Shown: in pieces, positions 49,815 through 56,730 of the stretch
Layout of the letters: every line of letters starts with the position of its first letter
Numbering within the stretch: position 1 is the first letter of the stretch
DNA from: Iphione sp. A-MEVVRFRX5
Lineage: Eukaryota
Direction: 5' to 3'
Length of the DNA: 64,000 nt
NCBI GenBank assembly: GCA_976226885.1
Contig: OZ320318.1
Location: forward strand, 55,118,001-55,182,000
The notes under the pieces: model-generated
The model's database searches: none
What the model was told of the DNA's origin: nothing
What the model saw: the letters and a program-made list of their open reading frames with translations, nothing else
Position numbers and translations under genes: made by a program

Positions 49815-51279
49815 ATGGAAATGTGAGTTTTTGCTTGTCTCCCTTTGGCAGGATATCCTTGCTTGTCACTCCACCGCCATTGTTTATGTTATCCGGTGGC
49901 CTACTTGCATCTTCTGGTACAGGTTGATCAGGTATTTCTATTCATTTCCTGATATTTCCTCCTGCTCCATGATGATGTGGGTATCCCTCGGTACATTTCC
50001 ATGTGGTTTCGTATGCCTATTCTATGTCTATCCATGTCTTTCTCTCTCTAAAGGGATTAATTTTCACCCCTGTCACTATGCTGCATGTTGTCAAAGCATT
50101 ATTAGTTCTCACCCCTGTCACTATGATGCATGTTGTCCAGCATTGTGTACCACGGGGTCTGGTCCCCTAAGTGCCGAGGGGTCCTTGCCCGGTTACCTGT
50201 CTATGATAGCTGGTGGGGTCTTCAGGCTCTCGCTCATTTTCTGTCATTCTTTACCAGGGTTGACTCCCCTCCTTCAATTCTTGTAGGCATCACGTGATGG
50301 ACGATCCTGTTCGAGGTGGTTATGCACCCACTGACCCAAGGTGAGTGTTGTTAATTTTTAACAGTCTCCCAGTTTCTTCCTTCCTTCCCCCAGGTTTCCC
50401 GCAGTTCTCTGATGTCTGTTGCCTGTCTCTCTATCCCACAGGTACGGCGACGCTGCAGTGCCCGCTCCTTATGGTGTTGTTCCCGCGCCCGTTGAGGATT
50501 TCCCGTAAGTTACCAGTTAACGTCCTGTCTTGAGCGGAAACCGTACCTAGTCTCAGTCTTCCTCCGTTTAATTTTCTTCTAGTGTCCACTGTGCTCACAG
50601 GTTCGCCGACCTTGTGTTTTCCAGAGGTGCCCCTTACGTCGATATCTACTCTCCGGGGCCTCGGCTGCGTGTCTCTGGTGTCCGGGCCGCCCCGGAGGCC
50701 CCTTTTTACCTGGATGTGCCGGGCCATCTGGCCCTCTACGGGCCAGGATATACCATGGACCTGTCCTTACGCCGCAGTGACGACATCCTGACGGGTATCC
50801 TTGCAAGTGACCCGGCGCAGCCGACCACTATCGTCTGGCCTCGTGATGCAGCCCCGGTCGCTGGGGTTTGGCCCCAGGATGAGCCCCTGCCGTCACCGCG
50901 TTCCTTGGATGCGTACCTCGGTGGAGGGGACGGATGGGCTACGGTGGACAATGCCAGTACCTCCAGCTCAAGTGGTTATGCGACCGAATGGGAGTACGCT
51001 AGCATGACCACAGAGGTACTCGACCCTGGTCTCACTTCCGGGGACGATAGCAGCGACACATCAGATGTTCCAACACTAGTCAATCAAGGATCAGGGGGGT
51101 CTGCTCCAGCCTCACCCGATCCATCGACGTCGTCGAGCGTCTATGACACCCCCACTCGTTCGCCAGAGCTGCCGCCTGGACTAGATGTAGCGATCTTCGG
51201 GGCCTGGTGTGATGGCCTGGCTCCGGGAGATGCGCCGTTCTGGCCCATCTATGTCTCTTCCGACGAGGATGAAGATTAA
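49815..51279 (+). CDS. Spliced antisense accessory gene of the Gypsy element; 267-aa acidic, Pro/Ser-rich, lysine-free protein of unknown function
   Basis: Exons 49815-49822, 50287-50340, 50442-50504, 50601-51279. Donors GTGAGT, GTGAGT, GTAAGT with pyrimidine-rich acceptors, all phase 2, giving 804 nt open. Kozak aTCATGG, TATTTAAG at 49728, AATAAA at 51323. Confidence 0.75.
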
Positions 51280-51322
51280 TATCGTTTCACCTCCACTGCT
51301 TCCGTTGACATGTGCTTCTGGC

Positions 51323-51328
51323 AATAAA
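51323..51328 (+). terminator. Poly(A) signal for the antisense gene
   Basis: AATAAA 44 nt after the TAA stop, followed by a GT/T-rich tract (TTTGTGTCTTCTTGTCTTTCC). Confidence 0.7.
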
Positions 51329-51509
51329 ACTAGTAGACCTTCATATTTGTGTCTTCTTGTCTTTCCTCTCTAGCTAGCTAGCTTAGATAGTGTCACTGTG
51401 GTATCAATGTTTTCATTCTTGTTCTCCTAGGTTCTCCGTCGCGAAACCTGAAGCACCCTCCTGGACTTCACCATTCCAGAATCTTCCTGAGTTGGGTCCA
51501 TAGACTCAT

Positions 51510-51785
51510 TCCCAGGGCACTTCTCCGCATCCCGCTCCTCCAGGACTTTCGAGCTGAATCCTACGACTCACTCCCGGGGCACTTTCCTGCATCCCGCTCC
51601 TCCAGGACTTTCGAGCTGAATCCGAAGATTCACTCCCGGGGCACTTTCCTGTATCCCGCCACTCCAGGACTTTCGAGCTGAGTCCTTCGACTCACTCCCG
51701 GGGCACTTTCCTGCATCCCGTCACTCCAGGACTTTCGAGCTAAATCCGAAGATTCGCTCCCGGGGCACTTTCCTGTATCCCGCCG
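51510..51785. repeat. 62-bp tandem array (~4.4 copies) just after the pol stop
   Basis: GGGCACTTT recurs at 51515 (variant), 51577, 51639, 51701 and 51763. Confidence 0.9.
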
Positions 51786-51799
51786 CACCTGTCTTAATT

Positions 51800-54700
51800 T
51801 TAAACTAAGTTCTTGCGTCGCCACGACACGATCCACTTCGGTGGAGGTGATTTACGGTATGGTCTGAGTCGGTTCCGATGTATCACTTTTGGTTTCGCTG
51901 ACTTGGACTTTACTACCACAATTCGTCCAGGATCGAGGATGCGCACCGCTAACCATGGTCCCGTCCAAGGGAAGTGTATCTTTGGGCTCTTCCCCTTTGG
52001 AGGTTGGGCGTTGTGTAACCATAAGGCATCCCCTGCCGTTATCTCTTCTTGCTTCACCCGCTTATTATATTGCAGGGCCTGGGACTTTGCAGCTTGTTGG
52101 AGGTTTTCCCGAGTCTTCCGGTAGGCCGCCTGTAATCGTGCGTGTAGTCGGACGACCGCGTCGGGGTAGGTTTGTTGTTCTTCTTGCTCTTCCGGGTACC
52201 CATCCATTACATGTGCAGGCAGTACGACCTCCCTCCCAAACATGAGGTAGTTTGGTGTATACCCTGTACTGCTTTGTGGCGACGAGCGATACGCCATCAT
52301 TAACATAGGGAGTGCTTCATCCCACTCGGTATCTGTCTCAAAACAGTAGGCCTTGATCATGCGGCCCAGGGTCCTGAAGCTCCGTTCAATGAAGCCATCT
52401 CCCTGTGGGTGGTGGGGTGTCGTCCTCGTCTTCTTTATTTCTAGTAGGTCACACAGTTTAGCCATGACATCGCTACAGAAGTTGGTGCCTTGATCACTAT
52501 GAAGTTCCCTGCAGCATCCGTAACGGGCGATCACTTCCTCCATCAGTATTCGGACGATGCGTTCTGTCTTTTGATCAGGCATGGCGAATGCCTCGAGCCA
52601 CTTAGTAAAATGGTCCCCGACCATCAGAATGTATCGATTCGACCGGGACGTGACCGGGAGTGGGCCAGCTACATCCATGGCCCATCGTTCCATAGGTTCC
52701 CCGACTACATATGACTGGAGGCGGGTGCATGGTCGTTTCGGATTCTGGTGTAGTAGTGCACAGTGACAGTTCTTACAAACTTGTTCGACGTCTCCCTTCA
52801 TCCCTGGCCAGTAATACAGAAGAGACACCTGAAAGTGTGTTTTGTCAGTTCCCAGATGTCCACCCGCCACACCACCATGAGTCTGCATGACGGCTTCCTC
52901 TCGTCGTATCCTTGGCAACACAATTTGGAGTCGGGTGTATTCTGTATCGGTTCCTATCCATCGCCGGCACAGGATCCCTTTGTTCACCTCCAGACGATAC
53001 CATTGGCGCCATAGGCTTTTGGCCACGGTCGAGAGGGGGGATACCGCTTCCCACGGTGGTTGTGTCGATTCTTTTTCCATCAGTTGAAGGATGGGTCCAA
53101 TGTCTTCGTCCGCTAGTTGGTCACGGCGTAATTCAGTATCCCTTGCCCCAGCTGCACGTGCTCGAGTAATGGCTGCGACTGTTGGACCCAGATGTTCTTC
53201 TCCACATTGTCTACACGGTATTCGAGATAGTGCATCTGCATTCGCGTTGTTCTTTCCCGGACGGTGTTGAAACTGTACTTGGTACTGGCTTATGCGCTCT
53301 AGCCAACGGGCCAATTGTCCTTCTGGGTCTCGTATTCTGCTTAGCCAACTCACGGCGCCATTGTCGGTTCTCACCATCACGGGTTGTCCGTATAGGTAGA
53401 AATGGAAATGCTTCAGTGCCGCCACGACTGCCAGCAGTTCCTTTCGCATCGTGCAGTATTTCCTTTCGGCAGAGTTCAGGCTCCGGCTGAAATAGCCTAG
53501 TACCACCTCTCGTTGGTCCTGTTCCTGAGACAGCACGGCGCCCAATCCGACATTACTCGCATCCGTGTCCAGAAGATATCTGCCCACTGATCTCGGGAAT
53601 CCCAATATGGGGCTAGATGCCAGCTTGCCTTTTAGTTCCTTGAAGGCTGTGAGTTCATCTGGGCCCCATGTGAAGGTGGTTCGAGCGCCCGTCAACCGGT
53701 TCAGTGGCGCTGCCACGTGAGCAAAATTTGGCACAAACCTTCGATAGTAGGAGCAAATTCCCAGGAATGCTCGGACATCTGTGGTGCAAGAGGGAACTGG
53801 CCACTCTGTGATGCTTCGTGTTTTCTCGGGGTCGGTGGCCACCCCTTCCTGAGAGATACGATGCCCCAGGAAGTTGATCTCCCGCATGAACAGCTTGCAC
53901 TTAGTCGGTTTTAATTTCAGTCCGGCTGCCTCTATCCTTGTCAACACATTATCAAGTCGGTTCAATGTTTGTTGAAAATCAGTACCAAACACGAGTACAT
54001 CGTCGAGGTATACCAGGCATTGCTCCCACGACAGCCCTCGCAATACTGTGTCCATAAGTCTCTCAAAGGTCGCTGGTGCGTTGACTAACCCAAATGGCAT
54101 CACGGTGAACTCATAAAGGCCCAGGGAAGTAGAGAAGGCTGTCTTTTCCTGATCTTCTGGATGCATCCGAACCTGCCAGTACCCGCTTGCTAGATCTAAC
54201 GAGCAGAAATACCTGGCACCTGCCAGCATGTTGAGTGAATCGTCGATGCGTGGGAGGGGGTATGCATCCACCTTGGTTTTCTGGTTGAGTTTCCTATAAT
54301 CTACACAAAATCTGGTAGTGCCATCTTTCTTTTTTACCATAACCACAGGACTGGACCATGGGCTACGACTCTGACAAATCACCCCCAGCTCCTCCATCTC
54401 CCGTACTAGTTTTCTCTCTTCCTCTCTGCGGCTAAACGGTAATCTCCGGGGCGGTTGTTTAACCGGTTGAGCTGTGTCGGTAAAGATACGGTGTTGTACA
54501 GCATCGGTCTGTCCCATATCCGCTTTTCCCCGCGCTAGGGTGTGGCGATGGTCCCACAACAGTCTACTCAGCTCATCTCTCTGAGCGGGGTCCAGTGTAT
54601 CTTGTGTGTCTTTGAGCAATTTTTCTATTATCTCCCGGTAATCCTGATCAAAGCTCGGTTTCTGGGATTCCTCTCTCACTTGGCTGACTCTTCCCACGGG

Positions 54701-55399
54701 TGTCTGACTCACCGGAGTTCCCATCGCTACCATTGTCCCCTTGCGTAGACTAACTTCCATTTGAGATACATTCCATAATGGTACCACCGTCTCGGGTCCG
54801 CCTTTGATCACACAACGGACCCCTACTATGCCTTGTTGAATCAGAGACTCATGTACTCCTTCTACCAGCAGAGGATGATCAGTCCCTCCCTGCACCTTAG
54901 CAGACATCCCGGAATTGGGGGGTAGTTTGAGTTCCTCGGTTATATACAATTCGGTGGGGCCTAGCTGCATTACTCTTCTACATTCCTGACCAGTTGCTCC
55001 TAAAGAAAGTTCTCGCGTTTCTAGATTAATGATGGCCCGATTCTGTTTCAAAAAGTCGTTTCCGATAATTCCATCCCCTTCTATGTCCGCGAAGATGAAC
55101 TCATGTGCAAATTCTTCTTTTCCCACTCTGAACTCTAAAATTTGGCTCCCCTGAGTAGGGATAACGTGTCCTCCGGCTCCCACAATCCGCGTGGGGAGCC
55201 CCGTGGAGACTAGGCCAGGGATAACATGGGGGTTCACAATGGATACTTCCGCCCCTGTATCTACGAGTAAAAGGAGTTGCCTCCCAAAAATGCTCACCTT
55301 TAGATACAGTCCCCGGTCTGTCTCCATCGTGCTCCCCAGGCTTAGTGGGGCGGTCGATCCGTCCTGGCCTACTGGCTGGTCGACCGCTGTGCGTTTCCC
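51800..55399 (-). CDS. pol: Pol polyprotein (protease, RT, RNase H, integrase), entered by -1 frameshift
   Basis: Protease LVDTGAEVS; RT YPLPRIDD, MPFGL, YLDD; RNase H TDASNVGLGAVL, ELLAVV, TDNG; integrase H..H..C..C, MDVAGP, HSDQG, IERSFRTL; GPW (GPY/F-like) tail. The ORF-track frame is open 55708-51800 without stops. Confidence 0.97.
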   Translation of the reverse strand, partial: GKRTAVDQPVGQDGSTAPLSLGSTMETDRGLYLKVSIFGRQLLLLVDTGAEVSIVNPHVIPGLVSTGLPTRIVGAGGHVIPTQGSQILEFRVGKEEFAHEFIFADIEGDGIIGNDFLKQNRAIINLETRELSLGATGQECRRVMQLGPTELYITEELKLPPNSGMSAKVQGGTDHPLLVEGVHESLIQQGIVGVRCVIKGGPETVVPLWNVSQMEVSLRKGTMVAMGTPVSQTPVGRVSQVREESQKPSFDQDYREIIEKLLKDTQDTLDPAQRDELSRLLWDHRHTLARGKADMGQTDAVQHRIFTDTAQPVKQPPRRLPFSRREEERKLVREMEELGVICQSRSPWSSPVVMVKKKDGTTRFCVDYRKLNQKTKVDAYPLPRIDDSLNMLAGARYFCSLDLASGYWQVRMHPEDQEKTAFSTSLGLYEFTVMPFGLVNAPATFERLMDTVLRGLSWEQCLVYLDDVLVFGTDFQQTLNRLDNVLTRIEAAGLKLKPTKCKLFMREINFLGHRISQEGVATDPEKTRSITEWPVPSCTTDVRAFLGICSYYRRFVPNFAHVAAPLNRLTGARTTFTWGPDELTAFKELKGKLASSPILGFPRSVGRYLLDTDASNVGLGAVLSQEQDQREVVLGYFSRSLNSAERKYCTMRKELLAVVAALKHFHFYLYGQPVMVRTDNGAVSWLSRIRDPEGQLARWLERISQYQVQFQHRPGKNNANADALSRIPCRQCGEEHLGPTVAAITRARAAGARDTELRRDQLADEDIGPILQLMEKESTQPPWEAVSPLSTVAKSLWRQWYRLEVNKGILCRRWIGTDTEYTRLQIVLPRIRREEAVMQTHGGVAGGHLGTDKTHFQVSLLYYWPGMKGDVEQVCKNCHCALLHQNPKRPCTRLQSYVVGEPMERWAMDVAGPLPVTSRSNRYILMVGDHFTKWLEAFAMPDQKTERIVRILMEEVIARYGCCRELHSDQGTNFCSDVMAKLCDLLEIKKTRTTPHHPQGDGFIERSFRTLGRMIKAYCFETDTEWDEALPMLMMAYRSSPQSSTGYTPNYLMFGREVVLPAHVMDGYPEEQEEQQTYPDAVVRLHARLQAAYRKTRENLQQAAKSQALQYNKRVKQEEITAGDALWLHNAQPPKGKSPKIHFPWTGPWLAVRILDPGRIVVVKSKSAKPKVIHRNRLRPYRKSPPPKWIVSWRRKNLV
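55336..55399 (-). promoter_or_regulatory. -1 programmed ribosomal frameshift signal (G GGA AAC + H-type pseudoknot)
   Basis: Slippery heptamer at 55399-55393 in the gag frame, 5-nt spacer, stem 1 GCGGUCGA/UCGACCGC, loop CCAGG pairing with downstream CCUGG. Confidence 0.8.
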
Positions 55400-56262
55400 T
55401 GATTTGGTGTCGAGGTTGCTGTGGTGGTCACCAATTCCGGGCAGTCTCGGCGAAAATGACCAGGTTTGCCGCATTGAAAGCAATTGTTGTGCTTGGGTCG
55501 TGACTGGGCTCGCCTCTGTTGGAGTTCCATCCGTAATTTTTCCATCTCCTGTGCGAGAGTCTCTTCGATCTGTTTTCGGAGCGCCTCTTGAGTCGGTGTT
55601 GATGAATTTTCGGTTTGCAGGGCGCGAATCTTTCTCTTCTGAAACCGTTCTTGAAGTTCTACGGCCTGTATGGCCTCTTCCAATGTCTTGCAACCCTTCT
55701 CCAGGCATTTGAGATGTAGGTCTTCTGATAGAGCCTTCTGAAAAGTAGAAACTGTGGTGAGTTCCCGTGTCTCTTTGTCTACGTCCCCGTACGCGTTCTT
55801 CACTACGCGGCGTACGCGGTCTGCGAAGTCTCGGATGTCCTCTCCAGGTTTCCTCTTCGTGGTAGCGAGGTCTTGCATAGCTGCGAGGCGGTCCCGCCCT
55901 CGCCCGAAACGTTCACTTAGGGCTGCTACCTTACCTCCATAAGTGGAACGTTCCTCCCTGGACAGATCCCCGTAGAACGCTCGAGCACGTCCGGTTAGTG
56001 AAAGTCCTAGGACTGCCGATTTGGTTTCGTCCGTCCAGTTGCATACACCTGCCCATTCTTCGAATTGGGCCAGCCAGCCGTCCCAGTCACTCTTACCGTC
56101 GTATCGTTCCGGTCGTAGTGCATTCAACCTCATTGGCTCTTCCGGGGCGAGCACAAATGGTTCCACTTCTTCCTCTCCATCGCCCCCTGCCTGACCTGGC
56201 AGTGGAGAGGGAATCCGCAACTGGACCTCGTCGTCCACATCCACTATATGTGCATGAGCCAT
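55369..56262 (-). CDS. gag: Gag (297 aa) with CCHC zinc knuckle
   Basis: Retrotransposon capsid-like 'PERYDGKSDWDGWLAQFE...LSLTGRARAFY' and CFQCGKPGHFRRDC. ATG is 5 nt after the PBS. Confidence 0.93.
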   Translation of the reverse strand: MAHAHIVDVDDEVQLRIPSPLPGQAGGDGEEEVEPFVLAPEEPMRLNALRPERYDGKSDWDGWLAQFEEWAGVCNWTDETKSAVLGLSLTGRARAFYGDLSREERSTYGGKVAALSERFGRGRDRLAAMQDLATTKRKPGEDIRDFADRVRRVVKNAYGDVDKETRELTTVSTFQKALSEDLHLKCLEKGCKTLEEAIQAVELQERFQKRKIRALQTENSSTPTQEALRKQIEETLAQEMEKLRMELQQRRAQSRPKHNNCFQCGKPGHFRRDCPELVTTTATSTPNQGNAQRSTSQ

Positions 56263-56267
56263 ATCTT

Positions 56268-56285
56268 ATCCCACCGCTGCCACCA
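56268..56285 (-). promoter_or_regulatory. Primer-binding site complementary to tRNA-Leu
   Basis: Minus strand TGGTGGCAGCGGTGGGAT, 3 nt from the LTR, is complementary to ATCCCACCGCTGCCA+CCA, the 3' end of metazoan tRNA-Leu(AAG/TAG) as I recall it. Confidence 0.9.
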
Positions 56286-56288
56286 AAT

Positions 56289-56730
56289 TGTAAGACGTGG
56301 ATGAATAAAGATGTGAACAACTCAGAGTCCAGTTCCAAACTGTTTATTACCTTCCAAAGTCAGAGTTTATATAGCCCATAGGGGCCACAGTCAGCCAATC
56401 AGGAAGTCAGACATGTTCCTCAACCAATCAGAAATCAGGGCCATTAGTGGCAACAATGTATCACACTTAAAGAAGCATCTCAACCAATCAGTGCCTACCC
56501 TCCGACATGAGATACAAAGTAATCAATTTTGGAACGCCCCCCCACCAATCAGAGAGCTCCCCCCATTTAAGGAAGTGTGGGGTGATCTGCTGTTGACCAA
56601 TCAGGGTATAGCACCCGGCAGTGGAAATTTCCATACAAACGTGCGTGCGGTGTTCCTGGGGAAACCGGTGCACTATCTGGTTTGGGTGTGGTGTGTCAAA
56701 GTCCTATCTGGTGCGCCAGCCTATTCTACA
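56289..56730 (-). repeat. 5' LTR (442 bp)
   Basis: TGTAAG...TCTACA on +. No difference from the 46105-46546 copy by eye. Adjacent to the PBS. Confidence 0.97.

Larger units (their letters stand above)
46105..56730 (-). mobile_element. Full-length Ty3/Gypsy LTR retrotransposon (10,626 bp) with accessory ORFs
   Basis: Two TG...CA LTRs, 4-bp TSD CTAT (46101-46104 and 56731-56734), PBS, PPT, gag and pol in PR-RT-RH-IN order. Confidence 0.98.

Noticed and set aside
51576-51587. NF-kB sites (GGGGCACTTTCC) in the 62-bp array
   Set aside because: One base longer than the kB consensus GGGRNWYYCC; not supportable without binding data.
55400-55708. Pol initiation at the ORF-track start 55708
   Set aside because: This stretch overlaps gag in another frame and has no Pol-like content; the GGGAAAC frameshift explains Pol entry.
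51813-55942. Numerous plus-strand ORFs opposite gag/pol
   Set aside because: Short antisense shadows of long GC-richer coding sequence, with no promoter, splice or poly(A) support, unlike the 49815-51279 gene.
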